From an uncultured candidate division Zixibacteria bacterium (GTDB taxonomy: Bacteria > Zixibacteria > MSB-5A5 > RBG-16-43-9): a stretch of DNA of 64,000 nucleotides. The position numbers and the translations under genes were made by a program. How positions within the stretch are numbered: the first letter of the stretch is position 1; each line of letters starts with the position of its first letter. The DNA lies in the NCBI GenBank assembly GCA_963713865.1, contig OY970208.1, positions 2,368,001 to 2,432,000 of the forward strand, written 5' to 3'. Below, piece by piece: positions 30,232 through 40,130 of the stretch. Under the pieces are notes generated by a model. The model was not told the DNA's origin. It searched no databases and worked only from the letters and a program-made list of their open reading frames with translations.

Positions 30232-30357
30232 GTAGCGTCAGGGTTTATCCCTGAGGTTATCTTTTTCCTATGGAGTATAAAGCTTTAGCTTTATTTTTTG
30301 TAAACCTGAAGGTTTACACTCCAAGTTTTTTCGTCGGGCGTAAAGCCCGACGCTACA
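30232..30357. repeat. Composite REP array, copy A (downstream of msbA)
   Basis: gtagcgtcagggtttatccctga + inverted pair tggagtataaagctttagcttta / taaacctgaaggtttacactcca; similar to 32520..32608. Confidence 0.8.
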
Positions 30358-30382
30358 TCTTTGATCCATCATCCGCTATCCG

Positions 30383-32263
30383 TCATCTATCATTGTATTT
30401 AAACTGCATCTCATACAGCTTTTTATACAGCCCCTCTTCTTTTATCAAGTCCTGATGCTTCCCTATCTGAACTATTTTTCCATCATCAATGACTACAATC
30501 TTATCCGCATTTTGAATGGTGGAAAGGCGGTGAGCAATTACGAAAGTGGTGCGGTTCTTCATCAGCCGGTCGATTGCCTCCTGCACCAAAAGCTCTGATT
30601 CAGAGTCTAAAGCAGAGGTAGCTTCATCGAAGATTAAAATAGAAGGATTTTTATATAGAGCCCGCGCAATGGCAATTCTCTGCCTTTCACCACCGGAAAG
30701 CTTGACTCCCCTGTCACCGATTACCGTTTGGTATCTCTCCGGAATATTCTGAATGAAATCATAAGCATTAGCCATTTTAACTGCTTCTTCTACTTTCTCC
30801 AGTTCAGCTTTTTCATCGCCGTAGGCGATGTTATTCCAGATCGTATCATTAAAAAGTATGGTCTCCTGAGTAACTATCCCCATCAGGTTACGCAGAGAAT
30901 TCAAATCTATATCTCTTAAATCTATTCCATCAACTTCTATAACCCCTTCAGTCGGATCATAGAAACGGGGAAGCAAATCTACTAAAGTCGATTTGCCTGC
31001 ACCCGAAGGACCCACCAGTGCAACTATTTCTCCGGCTTTCACCTCCAGATCGATTTTATCTAAAGCAATCTTCTTGCTGTCATATCTGAATGAAACCTTT
31101 TTAAATCTAACTCCTTCGTTTAAGCTTTCGAGCTTTTTACCATCAACCGGGCTTTTTATTTTTGGCTGGGTATCCAGAACCTCGAAAATCCTGGTAGCTG
31201 CCGCTAATCCCTGCTGAATATCGATATTCACGTGGCTCAATATTTTCAAAGGCTGCATTAAAGAGAACATCGCTACCAGAAAGAGAAAGAACCGGTCCGG
31301 AGTAAGCCCTCCACCTGCCAGGATACTTCTTCCTCCGAACCAGAGGATCAAAACTCCCGCAATCACGCCAAAAAATTCAGTCAAAGGTGGAGCCAGGGAG
31401 CCAACCCTGGTCAGCCGTACCATCGTCTTGAAATAATCCCGGGTATAACTAAAAAATTTCCTGGTTTCAAACCCTTCCATCGCAAAAGCTTTGACTACTT
31501 TTATCCCGGAAACGGTCTCCTGTAAAACAGAAGTGATATTACCCATCTTCTGCTGGGACAAAATACTTCTGGAGCGTAATTTTTTTCCTATTTGAGTGAT
31601 TATTAAAATGCTGGGTGGAAGAAGAAGCATAGCAACCAAAGTTAATTTCCAGCTTGCCCAGATAACCAGGAAAAGATATGCAATCACTAAAAAAAGCTCA
31701 CGCAATCCACCGGCAAATCCTGAAGTAACCGCACCCCTTACCAGAGTAACATCATTGGTCACTCTGGAGATTAAAACGCCAGTCTTTTTCCCGTGAAAAT
31801 ACTCTAAGGGCAGAAGATGGTAATGAGCATAAAGCTTATTCCTCAGGTCCCGCACCACCCCTTCCTGGACCAGCACCATAAGATAATTCTCTAAATACCA
31901 GAAAATATTCTTAAGTAAGAAGATTATTAAGATAAAGACACACAACCGCTTAAGACTATCGACTTTATCTTTTCCTTTAAGCCAGAAATCAAACTTTTCC
32001 TTGATTTTTCCTGGGACTAAAACCACCAGGCTTTCACTCTTCTGGGAGCTTTTTTTCTCCAAACCTGCGGTTGAATCTGAAGGAATTGAGCTTTGTTCAT
32101 ATACTGCGGATCCGTTCTCGGAAAAAATCATCTTGGTAAAAGGAACGATCATAGTAAGAGAAAAGCCGCTCATCCCCGCAAAGAGAATCATAAACAGGAC
32201 AGCCCCGATAAGTGATTTAAGATGCGGTTTTAAGAACCCTAATAGTCTTAGATAAAGTTTCAT
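30383..32263 (-). CDS. msbA: Lipid A-core flippase, MsbA-like ABC transporter
   Basis: TM domain + GPSGAGKS, LSGGERQR, DEATSALD; LPS cluster context; start placed at MKLYLRLL. Confidence 0.85.
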   Translation of the reverse strand: MKLYLRLLGFLKPHLKSLIGAVLFMILFAGMSGFSLTMIVPFTKMIFSENGSAVYEQSSIPSDSTAGLEKKSSQKSESLVVLVPGKIKEKFDFWLKGKDKVDSLKRLCVFILIIFLLKNIFWYLENYLMVLVQEGVVRDLRNKLYAHYHLLPLEYFHGKKTGVLISRVTNDVTLVRGAVTSGFAGGLRELFLVIAYLFLVIWASWKLTLVAMLLLPPSILIITQIGKKLRSRSILSQQKMGNITSVLQETVSGIKVVKAFAMEGFETRKFFSYTRDYFKTMVRLTRVGSLAPPLTEFFGVIAGVLILWFGGRSILAGGGLTPDRFFLFLVAMFSLMQPLKILSHVNIDIQQGLAAATRIFEVLDTQPKIKSPVDGKKLESLNEGVRFKKVSFRYDSKKIALDKIDLEVKAGEIVALVGPSGAGKSTLVDLLPRFYDPTEGVIEVDGIDLRDIDLNSLRNLMGIVTQETILFNDTIWNNIAYGDEKAELEKVEEAVKMANAYDFIQNIPERYQTVIGDRGVKLSGGERQRIAIARALYKNPSILIFDEATSALDSESELLVQEAIDRLMKNRTTFVIAHRLSTIQNADKIVVIDDGKIVQIGKHQDLIKEEGLYKKLYEMQFKYNDR

Positions 32264-32284
32264 TTCTAACCTCAACGTTAAAAC

Positions 32285-32750
32285 GGACGCTACGTTCCCC
32301 TCTCCTTTGTAAGGAGAGGGTTAGGGTGAGGTTTTCTTTTTGTAGCGTCAGGTCGTAGTGCGAGGCTTTTAGCCTCGCAATGCGACCCTGAAAGGGTCGC
32401 GCTACGAAATTTTTCCCTTCTCGTCCCGCATTTATTACGGGACATTACATTTTCCCTCTCCTTTTAGGAGAGGGTCAGGTTGAAAATCCCGCCATAGGCG
32501 GGGGTGAGGTTTTCTTTTCGTAGCGTCAGGGTTTATCCCTCACGTTCTTTTCTCTGGAGTATAAAGCTTTAGCTTTATCCAATAGTAAACCTGAAGGTTT
32601 ACATTCCAGGCTCAAGGCCATGCTTCCACCAGAAGCGTCGGCCGATAAAAGCTTTACGGTCCTACGGAGGCTTTGCTCCTCGTAGAGACGTTACAACCTA
32701 TTTTTAACCCTTGAGCTTTTGAACCTTTGTCCGCCTCTGGCGGATTGAAC
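32285..32750. repeat. Large REP cluster including composite copy B (32520..32608)
   Basis: ctctcctttgtaaggagag-type hairpin (twice), gcgaggcttttagcctcgc, gcgaccctgaaagggtcgc, gtagcgtcagg.. Confidence 0.8.
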
Positions 32751-32766
32751 TTTTTTTTAACCTCAT

Positions 32767-34413
32767 TCACCTTTTAATCTTTTTAATGTTTTCTTTGACT
32801 GTTTCTATCTCTCTTTTTGCTCCAATTTGAGTAAAGAGTTTCAATGCATCTTCAAAATATTTTAACGCCTTTTCCTTTTCTCCTTTTGCCTCAAAAATTA
32901 AACCGAGGTTATTAAATTTTGATGCTATCCCTTCTTTCCTATTCATTTCCCAGTCGATCCTCAAACCTTCTTCAAAACATTTTATTGCTTTGTCCAATTC
33001 CCCTCTGGTCTGATAAATATTACCGAGGTTGCCAAGACATCTAGCCTCTGCTTCTCGGTCACCAATTTTTCGGTGAATGTCTATAGCTTTATTTTGCAGG
33101 TCGAGTGCGAGATCAAGTTCACCTTGGGTTTCTTTAACCAAAGCTATTGCTTCAAGCTGCCGACCTTCAGTTCCTTTGTCACCCATTTGAACAGCAATTT
33201 TTTTAGAATCTTCATGATATTTCAGGGCTTTGTCCAATTCACCTCTGGTCTGATAGACTAAACCGAGGTTGCCAAGGTTAGAGGCTTCACCCTCTTTATT
33301 GCCAATTTCTCTATCAAGCTTCAAAGCATCCTCATAGTATTTTATTGCCTTGTCCAAGTCACCTCTGGTATAATAGACATTACCGAGATTGCTAAGGTCT
33401 TCAGCTTCTCCCTTTTTATTCCCAATTTCTCTATCTATCTTTAAAGCATCCTGATGGTATTTTATGGCTTTGTCCAATTCACCTCTGGTCTGATAGACAT
33501 TACCGAGGTTACCAAGGTCAGATGCTTCACCCTCTTTATTGCCAATTTCTCTATCAAGCTTCAAAGCATCCTCATGATATTTCACTGCTTTATCCAATTC
33601 ACCTCTGGTCTGATAGATTATACCGAGGTTGCCAAGTTGAATTGCTATACCTTTTTTACTGCCTAACTCCTGATTTAGCTTCAAAGCATCCTCAAAATAT
33701 TTCACTGCTTTGTCTAATTCACCTCTGGTCTTATAGACATTACCGAGGTTGTTAAGCTGGTTTGCCATTCCTTCTTTTCTGCCTAACTCCTGATTAAGCT
33801 TCAAAGCATCCTCATAATGTTTTATGGCTTTGTCCAAGTCACCTCTGGTATAATAGACATTACCAAGGTTGCCAAGAGCTGCTGCTTCTCCTTCTCTGTC
33901 ATTAAACTCTCTGGCAAGGTTTAAAGATTTGTTCCAATTTTCCAAAGTCAAATCAAGCTTGCCCGGAGTGTAGTAACAGAACCCAATGAGGTTATAAAGT
34001 GCTACCAATTGACTGGCTTTTGCCTCTTTCATTGATTGCTTAAATTCAATAACTGCTTCATCCCATTTATATTCTGACATCAGCTTCACGCCTTTGGCAA
34101 ATGGGTCAAATATGGATGGATCTGACTTGAGCAATCCATCCACATAAATCGGCATACCAAGACGCTCTTCTATGCGTTCTAATTGCTTTTTCACATCTAT
34201 AGAAACAAAAATAATGTGTAGTTCTGTTAGTATGGCAATCGCTATTCCAATAAAAGCAATAATCAACCCTATTTTCTCGCTCCATTTTTTCTCTTGCTTT
34301 GGCACAAATTCTAATCTCCTTTTTTGCCTGGCTCTCCGAACAAAAACTGAGACAAAGAAAATCAATAGTCCAACAATGGCTAAAACGATACCTATAATTG
34401 CGAAGATATTCAT
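32767..34413 (-). CDS. Two-TM protein with ~9-10 tandem 40-aa TPR repeats
   Basis: Repeated LGNLGNVYxTRGxLDKAxKY.EDALK; 120-bp periodicity visible in the DNA. Confidence 0.88.
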   Translation of the reverse strand: MNIFAIIGIVLAIVGLLIFFVSVFVRRARQKRRLEFVPKQEKKWSEKIGLIIAFIGIAIAILTELHIIFVSIDVKKQLERIEERLGMPIYVDGLLKSDPSIFDPFAKGVKLMSEYKWDEAVIEFKQSMKEAKASQLVALYNLIGFCYYTPGKLDLTLENWNKSLNLAREFNDREGEAAALGNLGNVYYTRGDLDKAIKHYEDALKLNQELGRKEGMANQLNNLGNVYKTRGELDKAVKYFEDALKLNQELGSKKGIAIQLGNLGIIYQTRGELDKAVKYHEDALKLDREIGNKEGEASDLGNLGNVYQTRGELDKAIKYHQDALKIDREIGNKKGEAEDLSNLGNVYYTRGDLDKAIKYYEDALKLDREIGNKEGEASNLGNLGLVYQTRGELDKALKYHEDSKKIAVQMGDKGTEGRQLEAIALVKETQGELDLALDLQNKAIDIHRKIGDREAEARCLGNLGNIYQTRGELDKAIKCFEEGLRIDWEMNRKEGIASKFNNLGLIFEAKGEKEKALKYFEDALKLFTQIGAKREIETVKENIKKIKR

Positions 34414-34445
34414 ATTCTAACTATAAGTTTGAACATTAAACCTTT

Positions 34446-34731
34446 AGGACAGGGCCCCCCGCCTTTGGCGGGGGATTTTGCTACGTTCAATAAGCCCTGT
34501 TCCTACCTTTTTACAACCTCATTGTAGCGTCCTCACTCCTGTGAGGACGGTTGTTCGTTGCCACAGGAGTGGCAACGCAACGCTACTTTCCGTAGAGACG
34601 CATTGCATGCGTCTCAATTCTTTTTGCGGAGCAAGGTGCTCCGCCTACGAACTTTCTCCCACGTTGCGGGCAACCCATACGGGCAGGCTGTGGGGCTACC
34701 GATTTTTATGTCGGGCAGGATGCCCGACCCA
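34446..34731. repeat. REP cluster
   Basis: cccgcctttggcggg, gtagcgtcctcactcctgtgaggacg, gtagagacgcattgcatgcgtctc, gtcgggcaggatgcccgac. Confidence 0.75.
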
Positions 34732-34781
34732 CCATACCTTGTTTTTTCATTCGTCATTCGTCATCCGTTATTTTTCATTAT

Positions 34782-35903
34782 TCATCTGTTATCTGTCATC
34801 TGTAATTGTTTAACACTCGACAGTTTTCTAACCATCTTCAAAGCCTCTTCTAACACCTCAGGTAATTTCACTTCACCATCTGTTGAAAATATCATCCTGT
34901 GTTTTTCGCCTCTGGGCCCATATTTCTGCGGGTCCGAATGGATGAAAATGGCTAAGGTCGGAGTTCCCACTGCTGTTGCCAAATGCATTATCCCCGAATC
35001 GGAAGTGATGAAAAGATTACATCTCTTCAAAAGTGCAGAAAGTTTAGGTAATGGAAGAATCTCTGTCAATACTTCGGTATTATTAAGATTCTTGACCCGG
35101 TTTTTCTCCTGAGGTCCCCAGATATAAACCACTTTTACATTTTCACTTTTCAGCCTGTTTCCCAATTCGATAAAATTCTCAAATCCCCATTTTTTCTTTC
35201 CGGTTCCACCTAAATTAATACCTGCCAAGAAATCTTCAGAATTTATACCCATCTTCTCTAAATAATCTTCGATATATTTCTCCTCTTCTCTTTTAACTTC
35301 TAAAAAGGGTAATTCTTCTGATATCCCAGGGACTAAAAATCTCAGAAGATCAAGGTGCATTTCCGTAGCGTGCCGGGTATAATCAGCCGGTGGCACTTCT
35401 ATATTCAGAAAAAGGTCGCTCTTATCTCTTTTATGGCCGATCCGGTACTTCGCTCCGGAAAGGTAAATCCACATCCCGTGACCAAAGGAGAGAGTATTTT
35501 CGTCCGAGCAGTCAAAAGCTAAATCGAACCTTTTCTTCCTGAGTCTAACGATATTCAAGAAAAAAGCTAAAGGGTTTCGGATATATCTTTTTTTCTCCAG
35601 GACCAGAAGCTCATCCGTTAACTTAGAGCCGGAAAAAAGCTCGGCTGAAACTTCACTGGCTAAAAAAGAGATTTTGGCTTGAGGAAAATTCTTTCTCAAG
35701 GCTATAAGCAGGGGTGTGACCAGGACCGGATTACCAATCCGATTATCCTGTCTGATCACTAATATCTTTTTAATAGAGGAGAGGTCGACTCTATCAGAAA
35801 TTGGTCTATTTTTAAGGAAAAATCTTAAAATCTCGATTAAAAACGATTTCCCTTTTTTCTCAAGCTCTTTTCTCATCTTTCTCTTTGCAAAAATATTCCT
35901 CAT
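34782..35903 (-). CDS. Glycosyltransferase family 9 (LPS heptosyltransferase-like)
   Basis: ILVIR.D.RIG, FITSDSGIMHLA.A.G.PT. Confidence 0.9.
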   Translation of the reverse strand: MRNIFAKRKMRKELEKKGKSFLIEILRFFLKNRPISDRVDLSSIKKILVIRQDNRIGNPVLVTPLLIALRKNFPQAKISFLASEVSAELFSGSKLTDELLVLEKKRYIRNPLAFFLNIVRLRKKRFDLAFDCSDENTLSFGHGMWIYLSGAKYRIGHKRDKSDLFLNIEVPPADYTRHATEMHLDLLRFLVPGISEELPFLEVKREEEKYIEDYLEKMGINSEDFLAGINLGGTGKKKWGFENFIELGNRLKSENVKVVYIWGPQEKNRVKNLNNTEVLTEILPLPKLSALLKRCNLFITSDSGIMHLATAVGTPTLAIFIHSDPQKYGPRGEKHRMIFSTDGEVKLPEVLEEALKMVRKLSSVKQLQMTDNR

Positions 35904-36305
35904 TCAAATCTTTTTTCACCACACCTTTCCTGATAAATTAAAATTATTCTAATATCCATAATCTCAAAAGTCAACATCTTTTAAGAGCATAACCCCGGGC
36001 TTTATATATCTGAGGATAACGAAATCAGCCTCTCACTGCGAGTCCCCTGCGGTAGCGAAACAATCCGTTTACATCATCTACAAAAACTGTTACCGGAATA
36101 CTGAAAAACCACACTTCCGGCGGATACGCTCCAGTGCTTCTCCGTCCCGGGCGGATCTAAATTTTTCAAAAGACCACACTCAGAGTTAAATCTCTTTAGG
36201 TTTAAGGGGTGCGAAGGGATGGCATATAACGACACAGCTTATACGCTGTATCCGTCAGGCATTATCTTTTACCCATTGTCAGGTAAAGCTACCTTCTGGC
36301 TATAA

Positions 36306-37202
36306 CTAAATAAGTTTATAGTTCTTATACTCTCCTATTCTCCAGCCGGTGATTTTCTCTACCGCATACAATATTTTATATTTAGGGGTAAATTTTACTT
36401 TTGATTTGTCAAATTTAAATTCGAAAGCTTGTTGTTGAATCCTTTCCTGCATTACCTTCGGATGCGTTCCTCTAAATAATTTCAGCTCGTCGATGTTGTT
36501 AAAATCAAATTTTTCATCCGGGGGAAGATTCTCTTTAAGCCAATCGTCATCATGCCAAAATCTATGAAAATAGTCAGCCTTTTTCTTCATCCCTTTAGGA
36601 TCTCTAACGAAATTGTAATGATAGATGGTCACCTCCACTTTCTTAACCCTTAATTTTTTACCTTTCTCGTTCTTCTCATAGGCTTCCGGGCTGGAATATC
36701 TTCTAAAACCCTGAGAATCTTTATAAGCTCTGATGGTTTTTATATTTCTGATAACCCTAACCTCATACCTGTGCCATCTTCTGGTTGTTCCGATGTAATC
36801 ATAGCTGCCCCAAAAATTCAAGAATTTAAAGAGCAAACCTTCGACCCGTTTATCCTCCTGGTATTTCAAGGTCGCCTCTCGAATTTTATCCAGGTCGTTT
36901 TCATGGATTACCTCATCCGCTTGTAAATGAACTCCCCAATCTCCAGAGATATGATCTGCGGCCAGATTGGCTTGCCGGGCAAAAATCCTTCCACCTTCTC
37001 TTAAACCTTCGTCCCAGACCGTATCGATAATTTTTATCTTGGGAGATTTTAAATTTTCTATGGCTTCCCGAGTGCCATCCTTTGAGTCTCCCACGGCAAT
37101 CACAAATTCATCGCATACCGGCAAAACCGATTGGATAGATTCAAGAAATGGATACCCGTATTCAAAACCGTTTCTGATATATGAGAAACCACTTAAGATC
37201 AT
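36306..37202 (-). CDS. Glycosyltransferase family 2
   Basis: SGFSYIRNG...YPF.ESI.S, G.S.DGT, LQADE. Confidence 0.82.
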   Translation of the reverse strand: MILSGFSYIRNGFEYGYPFLESIQSVLPVCDEFVIAVGDSKDGTREAIENLKSPKIKIIDTVWDEGLREGGRIFARQANLAADHISGDWGVHLQADEVIHENDLDKIREATLKYQEDKRVEGLLFKFLNFWGSYDYIGTTRRWHRYEVRVIRNIKTIRAYKDSQGFRRYSSPEAYEKNEKGKKLRVKKVEVTIYHYNFVRDPKGMKKKADYFHRFWHDDDWLKENLPPDEKFDFNNIDELKLFRGTHPKVMQERIQQQAFEFKFDKSKVKFTPKYKILYAVEKITGWRIGEYKNYKLI

Positions 37203-37462
37203 CTTATCTGATTTTGTCCAAAAAAATGACGGCTAACTTCTTCGTCTCTGAACTATTTCGTAGACCCCAGGGTTTTAGGATAGCTCAGAAGTAAAGATTT
37301 AACTCTAATGCAGAAATTCAATTATCCCGATTACTTCAATCAGCCAGCCTCACTGTTTCTTTCGGCGTAAGGTGACCGGCTTTGATTATTGAATTTAAAA
37401 GTTACTTCTCCTCTCCAATAGAGACGCATTGACATGCGTCTCACCATCCTCCTGCTATTACT

Positions 37463-38677
37463 CTACTTTATTTTTTTAGCACTGATCGGTTTAATCTTTA
37501 TATTTTCCTTGAAAACTTTGCCCAGTCTCTTAATCCCTTCCACTATCATCTCTTCGGACATAGTACAGAAGTTTAACCTCAAGGTATTGTCCCGGTCTTC
37601 TCTGGCAAAAAAGGAAATGCCCGGAACATAAGCAACCTTTTCCTGAATTGCTTTAGGTAAAAGCTCAGTTGCCGATGCGCCTTCAGGTAATTCCACCCAG
37701 AGAAAAAGCCCGCCTTCGGGTTTGGTCCAGGAGATTTTTTCCGGGAAATATTCCTCCAGTGCCTTCAGCATAACCTGCATCCTTTTGGCATAAGCTTTTT
37801 TTACTCTCTCAATATGACCTTCCAGATGACCCTCTTTCAGATATTCATATATAACATACTGGCAGAAGGTGTTGGTGTGCAGGTCTGTACCCTGTTTCAT
37901 CCTCTCGAATACACCTACCACCTCCTTGGATGCCGCAATCCATCCTATCCTTGTTCCCGGAATGATTATCTTGGAAATAGTTCCTAACTGGATTACCAGA
38001 TCCCCGCCCAGGCTTTTAAGAGAGGGGACATCTTTCCCTCTGTACCTCAATTCACCATAAGGATTATCATCGATTATCGGCACATAATAATCCTGCGCCA
38101 GTTTCACCAGGAGCTTTCTTCTCTCGTAACTCATGGTAATGCCAGAGGGATTCTGAAAGTTTGGTACTGCATAGATAAAACGGGGCTTGCTTCTCTTGAT
38201 AGCATCTTCTACCTGGTCAATAACCATCCCGTCTCTATCCATATCCACAGTCACATAATGTGGATTATAAGCATTAAAAGCCTGCAGTGCACCGATATAA
38301 GTAGGATTCTCAACCAGAACAAAACTTCCCGGGTCGAGAAAAACCTTACCCAACAGATCCAGCCCCTGCTGAGAGCCGCAGGTGATTATAATGTTTTCCT
38401 CCGTAAGTTTTGTTCCATCCTGGGAGAGCCTGTCTGCCAGGAATTTACGCAGGGGTGGATAACCCATAGTCACGCTGTATTGCAGAGCTTTGTCTCCGTT
38501 TTTATCCAGAACTTTAATGCAAGCCTGCTTGAGTTCTTCGATTGGAAAAAGCTCAGGTGCAGGAAGACCACCGGCAAACGATATTATATCAGGTCTCTCC
38601 GTTATTTTTAAAATTTCCCGGATGGCAGAGCTTTTCATCTTCCAAGCTCTTTCAGAAAAAATCCAGTTTAAAGTCAC
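37463..38677 (-). CDS. PLP-dependent class I/II aminotransferase (LysN/2-aminoadipate transaminase-like)
   Basis: ISFAGGLP, PNFQNPSG, DDNPY, ISKIIIPGTRIGW, PEGGLFLW. Confidence 0.88.
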   Translation of the reverse strand: MTLNWIFSERAWKMKSSAIREILKITERPDIISFAGGLPAPELFPIEELKQACIKVLDKNGDKALQYSVTMGYPPLRKFLADRLSQDGTKLTEENIIITCGSQQGLDLLGKVFLDPGSFVLVENPTYIGALQAFNAYNPHYVTVDMDRDGMVIDQVEDAIKRSKPRFIYAVPNFQNPSGITMSYERRKLLVKLAQDYYVPIIDDNPYGELRYRGKDVPSLKSLGGDLVIQLGTISKIIIPGTRIGWIAASKEVVGVFERMKQGTDLHTNTFCQYVIYEYLKEGHLEGHIERVKKAYAKRMQVMLKALEEYFPEKISWTKPEGGLFLWVELPEGASATELLPKAIQEKVAYVPGISFFAREDRDNTLRLNFCTMSEEMIVEGIKRLGKVFKENIKIKPISAKKIK

Positions 38678-38821
38678 AGTACCTCCTTAGCATATGAATT
38701 ATTTACTCCTTTACTACTATCACACTTAGATATTTTATAAAAAATATAGACCAAGTCAAGCAAATTTAAAATACCGGATTGACTATTTTGCAGGGGGAAC
38801 TAACTTGTTGCTCCAATCTTT

Positions 38822-39085
38822 CGTAGTGCAACCCAGCTTGTCCCGCCATCGGACGGCGCGCGGCCGCCACCCCACCGGAGGGATCAGAATTACCTAAAAA
38901 TCGTAGCGGGACACATGGCAATGCATCTTCATTTCCTCTCCTTTATAAGGAGAGGAACAAGGAGAGGTTCACATCTCAAAAAAAGTAATCCCACCTTGCC
39001 TCAAGGCGGGATATCTATTCAATGACCAAACACGGAAGGAGACCCCACGAAGTGGGATTTCGCTATGCTCAACAACCCCTCTCAG
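38822..39085. repeat. REP cluster
   Basis: cgtagtgc..cccagcttgtcccgccatcg (also ~19826), ctctcctttataaggagag, cccaccttgcctcaaggcggg. Confidence 0.7.
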
Positions 39086-39092
39086 CAAAATA

Positions 39093-40130
39093 CTAATCTT
39101 CAGTTTTATGACAATATCCGCAGAAGCCTTTTGCTTTAGAGTGACACTCATAGCAGAAATATCCATCATCCTCGTGCCAGGGTCCTTTTCCTAAATTGGA
39201 AGAAAAGCCGGAAGGATGAATATTATGGTCATTCCCCCTGCCCGGATTTTTATCCTGATGACACCAGGTGCAAATCGGGTCAGCATTTTCGTGACAGGAG
39301 GCGCATAACTCCATATCTCTTCGGGCAAACTCTCCATGTTTACTTCCTGCCCAATCCGGGATAGAATGGTTTAAAGGTTTTCCACCCTCTTGAGAATGAC
39401 AGTTGTTGCAGAAATCTGTGGTAAGATGGCAGGCTAAACAATCTTTCTCTTTGGATCTGGCATCCAGCCCGTGAGTATAATAATAATTCAGAGGATGGGT
39501 TGTCTGGAAAAGATTATCCCCTTGATGACATTTCTGACATAAATCCTGATTCTGGTGGCATTGAATACATTTTTCAGTTTTGATTGAAGCCTGATACTGA
39601 TGGGAATGCTTCCAGTCCTCTGGATGATATTTTCTCAATTTCATCTTAGCATGGCAGAGCTCGCAATAGTTGGGCACTATTATACCCTCGTGGCATTCAA
39701 AACATTTACCCATATCCGGCATATTTTCAGAAGTCAGTTTGTCCTTTTTAACAACCTCCCCGTGACAGAAAGAACATTCCGCTTTTCTTTCCAGATGTTT
39801 TTTATGGGAAAATATGAAATCCCTTTTGGGATTAAGCAGAGCCTGCGGGTTATCTTTATTTATATGACAGACCGAACATTCATTTGGCAGGGTCTCACCA
39901 TCATGACACTGGGTGCAGATCTCCATAGTCGGCAGGTTCTTATCTTCCGATTTGTCGCTTTCCTCTATCTTGATATGGCAGTTATTACAAGGCTGATCCG
40001 AATGTTTCTTGTGCGAATAGATAATATCGCTTTTGGGAATATTTAAAGTGGCAAAAAGTGCTGAGATTAAAATCAGGCTGAACAGGATAATCAAAATAAT
40101 TCCGTTTATAGTCTTACTCGAAGATCTCAT
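39093..40130 (-). CDS. Periplasmic multiheme cytochrome c with 14 CXXCH motifs (c3/c7-like repeats)
   Basis: CNNCH, CTQCH, CSVCH, CSFCH, CFECH, CELCH, CIQCH, CQKCH, CLACH, CNNCH, CASCH, CTWCH, CYECH, CGYCH; N-terminal signal/anchor. Confidence 0.92.
   Translation of the reverse strand: MRSSSKTINGIILIILFSLILISALFATLNIPKSDIIYSHKKHSDQPCNNCHIKIEESDKSEDKNLPTMEICTQCHDGETLPNECSVCHINKDNPQALLNPKRDFIFSHKKHLERKAECSFCHGEVVKKDKLTSENMPDMGKCFECHEGIIVPNYCELCHAKMKLRKYHPEDWKHSHQYQASIKTEKCIQCHQNQDLCQKCHQGDNLFQTTHPLNYYYTHGLDARSKEKDCLACHLTTDFCNNCHSQEGGKPLNHSIPDWAGSKHGEFARRDMELCASCHENADPICTWCHQDKNPGRGNDHNIHPSGFSSNLGKGPWHEDDGYFCYECHSKAKGFCGYCHKTED

Noticed and set aside
32285-32750. CRISPR array (also considered for 6443..6840 and 60901..61203)
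   Set aside because: Hairpins differ from one another, with no constant repeat or regular spacer length and no cas genes
32950-33900. Diversity-generating retroelement TR/VR pair
   Set aside because: Repeats are in-frame tandem TPR units, differences are not visibly limited to adenines, and no reverse transcriptase is present
34478-35112. ORFs over repeat-rich spacers (34478..34813, 34558..35112; likewise 19793..20031, 27873..28249, 28911..29207, 60873..61192)
   Set aside because: They translate palindromes and tandem repeats; no protein-like features
36220-36306. attC-like site (tataac... motifs) after the GT2 gene
   Set aside because: No convincing paired R''/R' and L boxes, and no integrase or cassette array
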